A stretch of 64,000 bases of DNA, taken from Minisyncoccota bacterium. GTDB lineage: Bacteria > Patescibacteriota > Minisyncoccia > Phycocordibacterales > JABMNX01. The stretch's first letter is position 1. Each line of letters opens with the position of its first letter. A program made the position numbers and the translations under genes. The notes under the pieces were generated by a model that did no database searches, was not told the DNA's origin, and was given only the letters and a program-made list of their open reading frames with translations. Below, piece after piece: positions 42,004 to 52,887 of the stretch. Location: assembly GCA_026195275.1 (NCBI GenBank), contig JAPHQU010000001.1, positions 77,712 to 141,711 of the forward strand, read 5' to 3'.

Positions 42004-42144
42004 CTAGAGAACACCGAGAAGGAGAGAGGCAACGAAAAAGATCATGACCACTGCACCGATTGCGCCAACAAGCCGGCTTTTTGTGTTGCTTTCCTCTTTC
42101 CGTTGATAGGGCACACCGACACCGAAATTCTCCTGGTCTCCCAT
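42004..42144 (-). CDS. 46-aa small protein with C-terminal TM helix (SD-led)
   Basis: GAGGAGGTG 4 nt before the ATG; MGDQENF..LVGAIGAVVMIFFVASLLLGVL. Confidence 0.6.
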   Translation of the reverse strand: MGDQENFGVGVPYQRKEESNTKSRLVGAIGAVVMIFFVASLLLGVL

Positions 42145-42209
42145 ACCACACCTCCTCAAAGTAGTTTCTATTACTAAACTCACTATAACAAAAAGCGACA
42201 AATCCGCCA

Positions 42210-43331
42210 CTAGTGACCATCTTCGAGCGCCTCTATCCCCGGCAGAGTGCCATGAAGAAGAAATTCAAGCATTGCACCACCACCTGTTGAGACAAAAGAA
42301 AACTTGTCACGAAGCCCCAACTGCGAAACTGCCGCGACTGTGTCACCACCCCCAATCACACAACGTGCGTCGCTTTCAACAATTGCGTGCGTCAGCGCAT
42401 CAGTACCCTCTGTAAACCCGTGCTCATACTCACCCAGCGGTCCGTTCCAAAGCACAAATCGCGCCTGCGCAATCTTATCTCTAAGGAGCTCTGCGGTCGC
42501 CGGACCTGCGTCAAGAATACGCTCACCTTTCTCTATCTCATCAAGACGTCGAATCTGGTTCTTGCCACTATCAGAGACAACAACATCAATCGGGAGTGAC
42601 ACATTCGGGAGTGAACCCAGACCGGACATATCAACGTCGGCACCTGAAATGAGTGAGTCCCCGATCTCAAAACCTTGTGCACGGAAAAAATTGTTGGCAA
42701 GCGCGCCGCAGACAAAGACCTCGTCGTAGATTCGGCTGAACTTTTCGATGAGCGGGAACTTGGTCTCAAACTTTATGCCACCAAGAATAAAGATTGATGC
42801 ATCCTCCGGTTGAAGAGAATGTGTGAGCGCCTCAATCTCCTCGCGCAAACGCAGCCCGCCATAATGTGGCAGATATCGAGGAACTCCAATTATTGACGCG
42901 TGCTCACGGTGCGACGCGGCAAACGCGTCGTTCACATACACGTCTGCCAAAGAAGCGAGTTCGCGCGCAAAGTCGTCATTGTTATCAACTTCACGCGGGT
43001 CACGACGCACATTCTCAAGCAACAATATCTCTCCATCTTCAAGTCTCTCAACGGCAGATCGAGCAACATCGCCAACAATGTCTTCGACAAAGCTTATCGG
43101 GACGTGTTTTCTGAGTTCGCGATATATTGGTTCAATCGAAAGCGCATCACGCCCAAAATGACTGAGTATAATGACCTTTGCTCCCGCATCACGCAAGAAT
43201 AATAGCGTCGGGAGCAACACGGTCACGCGAAACGCGTCAACAACCTGACCATCCACAACTGGCGCATTGTAATCAGCGCGGAGCAATACGCGTTTTCCGG
43301 AGAGGTCTGTTACATTATCGATCCATTGCAT
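42210..43331 (-). CDS. pgk: Phosphoglycerate kinase
   Basis: R.DYN.P, LLENVR, WNGPLG, GGGDT, STGGGA. Confidence 0.97.
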   Translation of the reverse strand: MQWIDNVTDLSGKRVLLRADYNAPVVDGQVVDAFRVTVLLPTLLFLRDAGAKVIILSHFGRDALSIEPIYRELRKHVPISFVEDIVGDVARSAVERLEDGEILLLENVRRDPREVDNNDDFARELASLADVYVNDAFAASHREHASIIGVPRYLPHYGGLRLREEIEALTHSLQPEDASIFILGGIKFETKFPLIEKFSRIYDEVFVCGALANNFFRAQGFEIGDSLISGADVDMSGLGSLPNVSLPIDVVVSDSGKNQIRRLDEIEKGERILDAGPATAELLRDKIAQARFVLWNGPLGEYEHGFTEGTDALTHAIVESDARCVIGGGDTVAAVSQLGLRDKFSFVSTGGGAMLEFLLHGTLPGIEALEDGH

Positions 43332-43335
43332 GTTT

Positions 43336-44118
43336 TCACTTCACGCCACCTTGGGCAAATTTAAGTATTTCATTAAAACTCTTTGCCGACAGGCTCGCAT
43401 GACCAACCAGAAGCCCGTCTACCTCGCCTTCCGCGAGAAGCGTGGCCACATTCCCCGGCTCAACTGATCCGCCATAGATAACCGGTAACCGAAACGCCAC
43501 CTGCTTCTTATAAAGCTCAGTAATGATCTTCCTTATAAAGAGAACGGTTTCGTGTAATTCATCGGGCTGCATAGCAGCTCCCTCGCCTTTACCGATTGCC
43601 CAGATTGGTTCGTACGCGATAACGATGCGTACGAGTTGCCGTTCGCTCACCCCTTTGAGTGCCTTCGTGATCTGACTTCGCAGGAAAGTAAGATGTGTAC
43701 CCTCACGATGATCACGGTCGGACTCACCGACACACACTACTGGTGTAATGCCCGCCTTAAGTGCGGCAAGCACCTTTCGATTAACCGCCTGGTCGTCCTC
43801 TCCCTGCGCCCTTCGCTCTGAGTGTCCCAAAATGACATACGTTGCTCCGATGTCTTTGAGCATTTTTGGACTCACCTCACCTGTATATGAACCTTTCTCC
43901 TCCCAGAACATATTTTGTGCACTAAGGAGAATACGATGACCACGATAGAGTGATGAGAGAATCGGAAGATATATTGACGGCGGTGCAATGACTGTCTGCA
44001 CCTTCGCAAGTTTGCTCGCCATCTGTTTTACCTCAGCAAAAAGCCGTTTTGCATCAGCCGCGCTTTGCGGGTTCATCTTCCAATTGGCAATAATGAGTTT
44101 TTTCCGTACTTTTGACAT
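43336..44118 (-). CDS. tpiA: Triosephosphate isomerase
   Basis: NWKMN, GHSERR, AYEPIWAIG, YGGSV. Confidence 0.97.
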   Translation of the reverse strand: MSKVRKKLIIANWKMNPQSAADAKRLFAEVKQMASKLAKVQTVIAPPSIYLPILSSLYRGHRILLSAQNMFWEEKGSYTGEVSPKMLKDIGATYVILGHSERRAQGEDDQAVNRKVLAALKAGITPVVCVGESDRDHREGTHLTFLRSQITKALKGVSERQLVRIVIAYEPIWAIGKGEGAAMQPDELHETVLFIRKIITELYKKQVAFRLPVIYGGSVEPGNVATLLAEGEVDGLLVGHASLSAKSFNEILKFAQGGVK

Positions 44119-44302
44119 TGCCACTATTGTAGCATGCTCGTAGAACGGAGTAGCTATGAGACGTCCACTGTTTATGCCGTCTGTTCCGCATACCAATAAA
44201 CGCCAAGCACGTCCCTGGCGTTTACCAAACAAGCGCTTCCCAGAGCCATAATAAACGCCAACCTGAGGTTGGCGTTTATTTTCTCTAGCTTTCAGAGGTG
44301 GA

Positions 44303-45718
44303 CTACAGCTCTTCTCGCCACTCTATAAAATTAAAATCATCGCTTGTGTACGGCGTGAGTGGTGGCGGATCTTTTGCTTGTGTGCGGTCGTATGAACTGT
44401 TTCGGGTGTTGTACCCGGAACAATAGACACCATTACAGTTCCACTTGGTGCCAACACGACCATTGGAGACAATGGTTCCACTGATCGTAAGCGAGTTCTT
44501 GTATGCATCGTCTGGATTGTATTCCTCGGCTGCGTCGTAGTAGTTGCGGCCAAAATGACCGGTTTGTGCGATAAAGATACCGCGAATCGATAGGTCATTC
44601 GGGGATACCGCCGGTATCAAGATATCCTCCTCAGCAATGACTGTGAGTCCATCGGTCCCCGCAAGTGTTGAGTAATTGATATCGCCTTCTATAATGATGT
44701 CTGTTTCAATATTTGCGTTCACGAGATCAGCTGACGCAATGGTGATCTTCCCCTTTACTGTTCCTTCAATCCAAAGTTTGTCTTCAACAAAGACAAGACT
44801 GCAATCAGCCGGTGGTGTGTAGCTCTGCAGGAACGTCTCTGAGAGTATTGTGTTGTACTCTTGCTCCCACCCCCACTGCGAACTGTATCCCCAATCACCA
44901 TTGCCGGCACTGTCAACGCGATATACATCCAGGGTGCCGTCACTCTGAAAGACTACATGATATCCATACGCACCGGAGTCGCCAAGATAGATACCGCCAC
45001 TTCCCGCGAGCGTCTTCATTGTTGAGAGGTCAGCGGTAATCCCCGCAAAATCGATTTGCGCAACGGGGAAATCCCAGAGATGTGAGTTTGGGCCAACGCC
45101 AAAGATACCATCTTCGGTTGAGTCTGGGTCACAGTCAAACGTTGCGGTGCATGTCCAACTTGCAACTGCACTCTCGACCAGCGATTGATTCTCCCCATCC
45201 ATACGGATGCCGCCATTTGAATGGTAGCGCCCCATAATAGTTCGGTCTTCTCCCGCCCACACATTTCCATTAACGATGTAGGCATATTCAGCAACAGACG
45301 GGTGTGCGTACCGTCCAAAGATGACTCGCGTGAGTGAAGTGTCGTCGCTTGTCCAGCCAGTTGAAGTAATGTCAATCGAGGTGACTACGCCGCACTGCGT
45401 GTTGCCTTCAACATCGAGAGAGAAGGTGCCAATCTCACCACTCTCCGGATCATTGTAGGTGTGCTCATATGGACCACTCGCTCCCGTGCCGTCTTGGAGA
45501 TCATCAGGGAAATGTGCAAGAAACCACTTGTAGTAATCAAGTCCGGCCTCAGCAATCGCTCCGGCCTTCTCTCGGTTCTCTTTGGAGAACTGTACTTTGT
45601 TTTGAATGAAGATATACCCTGAGAGTGATGAGACGACAACAAAGAACACGCCGGCAAATACCAAAACAAGAATTGTGATGTAGCCACCGTATTTTGTTTG
45701 TCTATCCTGGTATGTCAT
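44303..45718 (-). CDS. PilX-like minor pilin / pilus-associated protein
   Basis: G|YITILVL hydrophobic N-terminus, A..IAEAGL motif, last gene of pilus cluster. Confidence 0.8.
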   Translation of the reverse strand: MTYQDRQTKYGGYITILVLVFAGVFFVVVSSLSGYIFIQNKVQFSKENREKAGAIAEAGLDYYKWFLAHFPDDLQDGTGASGPYEHTYNDPESGEIGTFSLDVEGNTQCGVVTSIDITSTGWTSDDTSLTRVIFGRYAHPSVAEYAYIVNGNVWAGEDRTIMGRYHSNGGIRMDGENQSLVESAVASWTCTATFDCDPDSTEDGIFGVGPNSHLWDFPVAQIDFAGITADLSTMKTLAGSGGIYLGDSGAYGYHVVFQSDGTLDVYRVDSAGNGDWGYSSQWGWEQEYNTILSETFLQSYTPPADCSLVFVEDKLWIEGTVKGKITIASADLVNANIETDIIIEGDINYSTLAGTDGLTVIAEEDILIPAVSPNDLSIRGIFIAQTGHFGRNYYDAAEEYNPDDAYKNSLTISGTIVSNGRVGTKWNCNGVYCSGYNTRNSSYDRTQAKDPPPLTPYTSDDFNFIEWREEL

Positions 45719-45725
45719 ATCGAGA

Positions 45726-46325
45726 TTATTCATCACGCAGGTTGCGCAAAGTGGCACTTGACCGAAGTGTGTAGTTGTTTGGCAAGCGTGATGGGTTAAC
45801 ATTAACGACCACCTCTGCTTTGATGAAGCGCACATCGGTCGTGCTTGCTGTGCTAATCTCACTCCCCGCGCCATTGTAATAAGTGAAGATATCGATCGAC
45901 TCAGCATTATTCCTCACATTGTCGGATATTGTTGATACTTCCTCCTCTACATCGTTATACGTTAGCGGGTCACCAGCTGAATCCGTCACGCCACGCTTGA
46001 GGTCGGTGCCATCAAGGAAGTAACGCACCCGCTCGATGAAAATATCAGAATCAACATCGCTATAGAAAGTGATGGTGGAGGTGGCTATGGAGACAATTGG
46101 GTACGCTCCCTCGTCTGAGAAAGTCGCCTCTCGTATATCTTTGACCATTCCCTCGATTCCTTTTCGCGCACTTTGAACCGCGAACGACTGCTCAAGCGCA
46201 TGCGTGTTCGAGCGATAGAAAAAACCGATAGAAGCGACCAGTGCGCCGAGTACAATAATGAACACCCCAAGAACCATAAGTGTTTCAAGTAGTGTGAAGC
46301 CTTTTTGGCGAGATATATGTATCAT
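45726..46325 (-). CDS. Prepilin-type minor pilin (PilW-like)
   Basis: QKG|FTLLE N-terminal methylation motif. Confidence 0.88.
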   Translation of the reverse strand: MIHISRQKGFTLLETLMVLGVFIIVLGALVASIGFFYRSNTHALEQSFAVQSARKGIEGMVKDIREATFSDEGAYPIVSIATSTITFYSDVDSDIFIERVRYFLDGTDLKRGVTDSAGDPLTYNDVEEEVSTISDNVRNNAESIDIFTYYNGAGSEISTASTTDVRFIKAEVVVNVNPSRLPNNYTLRSSATLRNLRDE

Positions 46326-46327
46326 AC

Positions 46328-47680
46328 TTAGCTACTTGAGAGGATAACATGAAGCATCGACGCACCGTCTATCTCAACATTGTTTACCGTCTTCGCGGTA
46401 TACCCAGAGAGAGAAACATCAGCGGTGTACGAGTTGCCACCATCAATGGTTCCTGAGGAAAGACTGTCATCAAAGAACGTCTGCCCACACTCCCCGGTAC
46501 TCTGCGTCGTATCATACCCACTGCGATAGAGGCGCACCGAGGCGCCGGAAAGCAAATTGTCGCTTGCGTCTTTCACATCGACCAAGAGTGAGTGTGCGAC
46601 ATCAGGGGCAAGATAGATCGATACTGTCTCACTCGCACCAGGAGAAAGGTCTGCCGGCTGTGGCTGACACGACTCAGCGATATCATACCCCGTGGCGGTG
46701 TCGTCTATCTCAATGGTGTATTCATCCCATTCGAGTGAGGTGGTGGTTACGCTGCCTGAGGCGCCGGTGTTAATTGTGCTTTCATATTTATAGATTGGGT
46801 TACTCTCACTGTCCGTACCAATGGTCTTTGAACCACGGACCGAGAACGGAATATTTGGAAGTGGTGTCGTTGTACCAACCTCAAACGTCTCAACCGTTAT
46901 CTGGCCAAGCACGTCAATCGAGAAGGACTGTGACGTGGTATTGGATTCGGTGACGGTCAGGTGACCCGGGCTTGGATTAGGGTTACTGCCCGATATCGAG
47001 TATGTTTGTGAGCCACTGTATCCGCTTTTACTTACGGTGATCTCGTAGTCACTTCCTGCAGGTGCGCCAGGAAACTCAACAACACCCGCTGTGCTGCTAT
47101 ACGTAGAGAGAGCGACAGCCGGACTCACCGATGAATTTGCCACTGAGACTAGCGCACTAGGAACCACACCCCCGAAAGCGTCGAGCACTGTTATCTTCAA
47201 AGTCCCACCGCCGACGACACTCTCTACACTCGACGGTACGATATTTGTTGCCAAAGAAAATTCTCGTGTCTCACCGCGAAGATCCCACGACACAACCGTC
47301 TTCACCACTTTATAGTCAGTGGTGATACCGTTCTCGTCAGAACCGCCAGAGCCATCCTCAGGTGCGTCAACATACCGCACAAAAGTACGCCGCGTATAGG
47401 TGACGCCGTTGAACATCTCCTCCTCTTCTTCTGCCAAGATACCCGCGGGAATACCGCCAACCGTTCCGACATCATCGTATGAGAGTGAGCGAATATACTC
47501 GACACGTTCGTGCGCGAGCGCGAGCGCACCGGTCTTTAGTTTGACACTCTGGACCAACTCAAGGGAAAGCTTGAATGCACCAAACAGTCCGAGGAAGACA
47601 ACAAGAAGAATCGCGGTCCCAAATACCGTGTCGATCATTGACATACCTTTTTGTGTGCTCAATCGAGGTTTATACACCAT
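46328..47680 (-). CDS. Prepilin-like protein (PilV-like) with carboxypeptidase-regulatory-like beta domains
   Basis: QKG|MSMID, E.IRSLSY..VG, Y.ITVSKSGY. Confidence 0.8.
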   Translation of the reverse strand: MVYKPRLSTQKGMSMIDTVFGTAILLVVFLGLFGAFKLSLELVQSVKLKTGALALAHERVEYIRSLSYDDVGTVGGIPAGILAEEEEEMFNGVTYTRRTFVRYVDAPEDGSGGSDENGITTDYKVVKTVVSWDLRGETREFSLATNIVPSSVESVVGGGTLKITVLDAFGGVVPSALVSVANSSVSPAVALSTYSSTAGVVEFPGAPAGSDYEITVSKSGYSGSQTYSISGSNPNPSPGHLTVTESNTTSQSFSIDVLGQITVETFEVGTTTPLPNIPFSVRGSKTIGTDSESNPIYKYESTINTGASGSVTTTSLEWDEYTIEIDDTATGYDIAESCQPQPADLSPGASETVSIYLAPDVAHSLLVDVKDASDNLLSGASVRLYRSGYDTTQSTGECGQTFFDDSLSSGTIDGGNSYTADVSLSGYTAKTVNNVEIDGASMLHVILSSS

Positions 47681-47695
47681 AGAGTAAAACCAACG

Positions 47696-48910
47696 CTAAA
47701 TACTTTCAGAGAGCGAGTAGATCGGTGAGATCATCGAAAGCGCAAAGAAACCGACAAAAGTACCGATTACTATCATAAGGAATGGTTCAATGATGGTCGA
47801 CATATCTTTTGTCTTTTGCTCAACCTCTTCCTCAAAGAATTCCGCGACTCGCAACAACATGTCAGGCAACTTCCCCGTCTCTTCTCCAACTGAGATCATC
47901 TCGCCAACCAAGATCGGGTAGAGATGTTCGTTTTCCGCAAACGCTCCCGAGAGCGATGCACCTTTTTGCACGTCGTGCTCTGCTCGCTTGAGCACCTCGC
48001 GGTAATACGAGTTCTGCATCACATCGCTCGTGATTGAGATTGCAGTAACAATCTCCACTCCGGAAGAGAGTAAGGAGGCGAACGTACGCGCAGTACGCGC
48101 TGCATACACCTCTTTCACCAAAGGGCCGACAATCGGAATATGAAGGTAGGTGAACTCCCATGCGCGTCTTCCTTGAGGTTGGCGAAGTCCAAGATAAAAC
48201 AGACCGCCGAGTGCGAGCGGAATAAGGAGTGCGAGCAGTGTGTTGTGAGTGAGAAAATCGCTCACTCCAATAACCGCTTGTGTACTCTTTGGCAACTCAG
48301 CGCCAAGCTCGTTGAATGTCTGGGTCAATGTTGGCACCACATAGATAAGCATCAAAACACCGATTATGATCATGGCTATAATGATGATGCTTGGGTACAT
48401 GAGCGCACCGCGGATCTTCCGTTTCAGCGTATAGGAACGCTCAAGTTGTCTACCGATAAGCGAGAGTGCATACGAGAGCTTCCCACTCTCCTCACCTGCG
48501 CGCACCATTGAGACAAAAAGTGGCGAGAAGACTTTGGGGAATTCACCGAGCGCACCATGGAAGCTTCCACCAGCTTTGATGTTGCGGTTGAGCGACGAGA
48601 GAACGATCTTTAATTTTGGATTTCTTGTCTGTCGCTCCAAAACCGCAAGTGAACGAGAGAGTGAGAGACCCGCGTCAATCATTGCACCAAGATTTCGTGT
48701 TACAACGATCTTCTCATGTTCACGCACCGCGCCAAAGACCTCATTAAACCACTCCATTGAGAAACGGCGACTCCCCGCCTCCACTACCTCAAGAACCTCT
48801 CCGCCTTCTTCGCGGATGCGCGTGTAGAGTGCAAATTTATCCAGTGCACTTATCGTGCCTTTGTAGACCTCTCCTTCTTTATTCTTTGCTTTATAGTGAA
48901 ATTCGGTCAT
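47696..48910 (-). CDS. pilC: Type IV pilus platform protein PilC / GspF family
   Basis: AGEESGKL, ALMYP, VGEETGKL, IIEP. Confidence 0.93.
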   Translation of the reverse strand: MTEFHYKAKNKEGEVYKGTISALDKFALYTRIREEGGEVLEVVEAGSRRFSMEWFNEVFGAVREHEKIVVTRNLGAMIDAGLSLSRSLAVLERQTRNPKLKIVLSSLNRNIKAGGSFHGALGEFPKVFSPLFVSMVRAGEESGKLSYALSLIGRQLERSYTLKRKIRGALMYPSIIIIAMIIIGVLMLIYVVPTLTQTFNELGAELPKSTQAVIGVSDFLTHNTLLALLIPLALGGLFYLGLRQPQGRRAWEFTYLHIPIVGPLVKEVYAARTARTFASLLSSGVEIVTAISITSDVMQNSYYREVLKRAEHDVQKGASLSGAFAENEHLYPILVGEMISVGEETGKLPDMLLRVAEFFEEEVEQKTKDMSTIIEPFLMIVIGTFVGFFALSMISPIYSLSESI

Positions 48911-48916
48911 ACAACT

Positions 48917-50665
48917 TTATTCTGAAACCACACGGAGTACCTCCTCCACTGTGGTAATACCCTGAACCGCTTTGAAGATGCCGTCTTCAATCATAGTCAT
49001 CATACCTTCTTCTTTCGCTCGCGCCTCGATCTCTTCGGTGGTCGCCCCTTTCATGATGAGTCCTTTGATCGCGTCAGAGAGATGGAGGATCTCATGAATA
49101 CCAATTCGCCCACTAAAACCATCCTCACACATCTCTGATGGTTTCTCCTTATAAAACGGAATATCTTCCCAAGTTGCGTCATTCTTAATCAACTTTTCCT
49201 CCTTCAGTGCCTTAAGAACCGCGTCAAGGTCAACTGATTGACCAAGCTTCTCAATCTCGGCTGCCGACATGGTGTATTCTTCTCGCTCTCCACAAAGCTT
49301 TCGTACCAGTCGTTGTCCGATGATAACCTCAAGTGTTGATACGAGAAGAAACGGCTCGACATCCATGTCGAGCAGTCGCGGAATTGCACCGGCAGCAGAG
49401 TTTGTGTGAAGTGTTGAGAGCACGAGATGTCCGGTCAAAGACGCGTTAATCGCGAGCGCCGCTGTCTCATTGTCACGGATCTCACCGACCATAATAATAT
49501 CTGGGTCTTGTCGCACGAGTGCGCGCAAACCGTTGGCAAATGTAAATCCAATATCCGGCTTCACTTGCGTCTGATTGATGCGCGGCATCTGATACTCGAT
49601 TGGGTCCTCGATTGTAGAGATATTAACATTGGTCGTATTGAGGATATCAAGGACCGTGTAGAGCGTAGTTGTCTTTCCTGACCCGGTCGGCCCAGTCGTG
49701 AGAATCATGCCGGTCTTCTGGCGCGTCGCTTCGTGGATGCGCTCGAGTCCTTCGCCATGAAAACCGAGTCCTTCGAGTGTGAAGCCGGAGATATTCTCCC
49801 GAAGGAGGCGCATGACCGTCTTTTCACCAAAGTAGGTAGGAAGTACCGACACACGGAGTGAGACGCGTTCGTTCTCCGACTCCATCTTAAATCGACCGTC
49901 CTGCGGCAGACGCTTCTCATCCAGTTTGAGGTTGGAGAGCACTTTAATGCGCGCTGTTATGGAAGAAGTGGCTTCCTTCGGAAGTGTCATTGCATCATGG
50001 AGGATTCCGTCGATACGGTAGCGGATCAACACATTGTCTTCACGCGGCTCGATGTGTATGTCTGACGCGTTTTGGTTGATCGCATGACGAAGCAACGAGT
50101 CAACAATGCGCACCACCGGCAGGTCTTCGGCAAGCCGTTTAAGATCGCTCTCTGACATGTTGGCGCCCTCTTCAGGCACACCTTTCAGTGATGCAGTCTC
50201 ACGCTTAATGATTTCACCGAACTCTTCCTTGAGACTCTTTTGATACTGCTTGAGTGCCGCTTTGATCGAAGCGGTGTCGGTGAGTCGCGGCAATATCTTG
50301 AGCCGGACCTTCTTCTTAACAAAATCGATTGCCGTGAGGTCATCCGTATTAAGCATAGCGACCTCAAGACTATCGTCGCCTTTTTTATACGCGATGATGT
50401 TGTGATTGCGTGCAATTGGTTCAGGAATAAGCGAGAGTACGTCAAAGTTTACCCGCGTATTCTGGAGGTTAACAAAGGGAATTCCCAAAATATGTGCTTG
50501 TGCGCGACGCAGGTCATCCTCGGTAACATCGCCGTTACTCACGAGTATATCTCCGACACGAACATCTTTTTTCTCCGCCTCTTTCTCGGCAGATTCAAAA
50601 CCGCTCTTTGATACTATGCCGGCATCGAGGAAAAATTCTTTGAGCTTTGATTCGTTAATGTACAT
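48917..50665 (-). CDS. pilB: Type IV pilus assembly ATPase PilB / GspE family
   Basis: ASDIHIEP, RLPQDGR, GPTGSGKTTT, RQDPD..MVGEIRD. Confidence 0.95.
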   Translation of the reverse strand: MYINESKLKEFFLDAGIVSKSGFESAEKEAEKKDVRVGDILVSNGDVTEDDLRRAQAHILGIPFVNLQNTRVNFDVLSLIPEPIARNHNIIAYKKGDDSLEVAMLNTDDLTAIDFVKKKVRLKILPRLTDTASIKAALKQYQKSLKEEFGEIIKRETASLKGVPEEGANMSESDLKRLAEDLPVVRIVDSLLRHAINQNASDIHIEPREDNVLIRYRIDGILHDAMTLPKEATSSITARIKVLSNLKLDEKRLPQDGRFKMESENERVSLRVSVLPTYFGEKTVMRLLRENISGFTLEGLGFHGEGLERIHEATRQKTGMILTTGPTGSGKTTTLYTVLDILNTTNVNISTIEDPIEYQMPRINQTQVKPDIGFTFANGLRALVRQDPDIIMVGEIRDNETAALAINASLTGHLVLSTLHTNSAAGAIPRLLDMDVEPFLLVSTLEVIIGQRLVRKLCGEREEYTMSAAEIEKLGQSVDLDAVLKALKEEKLIKNDATWEDIPFYKEKPSEMCEDGFSGRIGIHEILHLSDAIKGLIMKGATTEEIEARAKEEGMMTMIEDGIFKAVQGITTVEEVLRVVSE

Positions 50666-50855
50666 ATTTATAAATGAGTACTTGAGCGCACACGCATCGT
50701 TTCTTAAAGTATACCAAAGAAACACACGTCTTTTGTTTGGTTTTCGACAAAATATGTGTATTGTTGACTTGCGTGATTCTGTATGCTACACTCCATTTAC
50801 TACTGTCCGTTACGAAACGGGCATATTTTTTTAGAAAATTGAATAACAATTGAAT

Positions 50856-52220
50856 ATGTTCGACCTTAAAGTAATCAATTCGGTACTCGACCAACTCGAA
50901 GAAGAGCGCGGCATTCCCCGCGAGAAGGTCTTCGAAGCTATTGAGACTGCGCTTGCAACTGCATACAAAAAAGAATATGGGAAACGCGGACAAATCATTC
51001 GTGCGAAGTTTGATGTAACCACCGGAGATGTAGAGTTCTTTCAGGTGAATATTGTTGTTGATGAGACTATGGTGCGCGGTGAAGAAGAGGAGCCGGAAAA
51101 TGAAGACGATCTTCGCTCACGCTTCAACCCGGAACACCACATCATGATGGAGGATGCGAAGCGTATTAAAAAAGATGCAAAACTCGATGACGAGCTTGTC
51201 TTCCCGCTTGAAACAAAGGATGACTTTGGACGCATTGCCGCCCAGACTGCAAAACAGGTGATTATCCAGAAGATCCGCGAAGCGGAAAAAACATCGATTC
51301 TCAAGGAATATGGAGAACACGAGGGTGAGATTGTCACCGGAACTGTACAACGTATAGAGCGCGGCAACATCTTTGTTGACCTCGGTCGCGCAACTGGCAT
51401 GCTTCCGTATGACGAACAAATCCCCGGCGAGCGTTTCCGCCAAGGTGAGCGACTTCGTGCACTTCTCTACTCAGTAGAAGAAAGCCCGCGCGGCACCTAT
51501 CTCCGCCTTTCGCGCTCACACCCCGACTTCCTTAAGAAGCTCTTTGAGGGTGAAGTCCCTGAACTTGCCTCTGGCGCAGTTGAGATCAAAGGTATTGCTC
51601 GCGAAGCAGGTTCACGATCAAAGCTTGCGGTTGCGTCTCACGACGAGCATATCGATCCTGTTGGTTCTCTCGTTGGGCAACGTGGCGTACGCGTAACAAC
51701 TGTTATGAGCGAGCTTGGCGGTGAAAAGATCGACGTCATCGAATGGTCGGATGACCCGGTAGAATTCATCGAGGAAGCACTCTCTCCCGCAAAGATCATC
51801 AATGTCGCTATCAATGAAGCGGATGAGCGCGCAACTGTCGAGGTTGATGAAGACCAGCAGTCACTCGCAATCGGTCGTGGCGGACAGAACGTACGTCTCG
51901 CAGCGAAGCTGACCGGTTGGAAGATCGACATCCACTCAATTGGCGGTGAAAGCATTGCTGAAGCTGACGCGACTCATGTTACTATCAACGAAGAGACACC
52001 TGCTGAAGTAGCTGAGAAACCAAAAGAGGTGACTACTGAAGAAAACGAGACTCCTGAGACAGAGATCCAGGCCGAGGAAGTTGCGGTCTCAACCGAAATC
52101 CCGTCCGAAGACGGGGAAACCCCTGTAGAAATCGAGCAAACCGAGGAAGCAGAATCCGGCGAAACGGCTGAGAGTGACTCTGTAGAATCGGAGACTCCTG
52201 AGATTGAGGAGGAGAAGTAA
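50856..52220 (+). CDS. nusA: Transcription factor NusA with acidic C-terminal tail
   Basis: FGRIAAQTAKQVI.Q, AREAG.RSK, AIGRGGQNVRLA. Confidence 0.97.
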   Translation: MFDLKVINSVLDQLEEERGIPREKVFEAIETALATAYKKEYGKRGQIIRAKFDVTTGDVEFFQVNIVVDETMVRGEEEEPENEDDLRSRFNPEHHIMMEDAKRIKKDAKLDDELVFPLETKDDFGRIAAQTAKQVIIQKIREAEKTSILKEYGEHEGEIVTGTVQRIERGNIFVDLGRATGMLPYDEQIPGERFRQGERLRALLYSVEESPRGTYLRLSRSHPDFLKKLFEGEVPELASGAVEIKGIAREAGSRSKLAVASHDEHIDPVGSLVGQRGVRVTTVMSELGGEKIDVIEWSDDPVEFIEEALSPAKIINVAINEADERATVEVDEDQQSLAIGRGGQNVRLAAKLTGWKIDIHSIGGESIAEADATHVTINEETPAEVAEKPKEVTTEENETPETEIQAEEVAVSTEIPSEDGETPVEIEQTEEAESGETAESDSVESETPEIEEEK

Positions 52221-52250
52221 TATCACTTAGTAAGTAACCAAAAAATTTCT

Positions 52251-52787
52251 ATGGACCTATGGCATGACGTACCTCTCGGTGACAATGTCCCAGAGGAATT
52301 CAACACTATCATCGAGATCCCGAAGGGGTCATTCAATAAATATGAGATCGATAAAGAAACCGGTCTCATCGCGCTTGATCGCGCGAACTACTCAGCAACA
52401 CCATATCCATTTGACTATGGGTTTGCGCCGCAGACGCTCTGGGAGGACAACGACCCGCTCGATGTGATCGTCCTCACCACCTTCCCGCTTCACCCCGGTA
52501 TTGTGGTGAAGGTGCGCCCTGTCGCAGTGATGGAGATGATCGACTCAGGTGAGTCAGACTACAAGATCATCACGGTCCCGGCAGACGATAAACGCTGGGA
52601 CAACGTGAAAGACCTTAAGGATGTGAACGAGCACAACCTCAAAGAGTTTAAACACTTTTTTGAAACCTACAAGGAGCTTAAAGGAAAAGGCGACATTGTC
52701 GAAGTGGGAGACTACAAGGGCAAGGAAGATGCCAAGAAAGCAGTTCTTCGCTCAATTGAGCTTTACAAAGAAAAGCACGGAAAATAA
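52251..52787 (+). CDS. ppa: Inorganic pyrophosphatase (family I)
   Basis: KYE.DK, YGF.PQT..EDNDPLD, HFFETYK. Confidence 0.96.
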   Translation: MDLWHDVPLGDNVPEEFNTIIEIPKGSFNKYEIDKETGLIALDRANYSATPYPFDYGFAPQTLWEDNDPLDVIVLTTFPLHPGIVVKVRPVAVMEMIDSGESDYKIITVPADDKRWDNVKDLKDVNEHNLKEFKHFFETYKELKGKGDIVEVGDYKGKEDAKKAVLRSIELYKEKHGK

Positions 52788-52887
52788 CACTGATTCCACT
52801 TATTAACAAACAGGGTATTCGTCCACGAATACCCTGTTTGTTATACTATATGTGTCACTTGGCATAACTAACATAATTATACTCATC

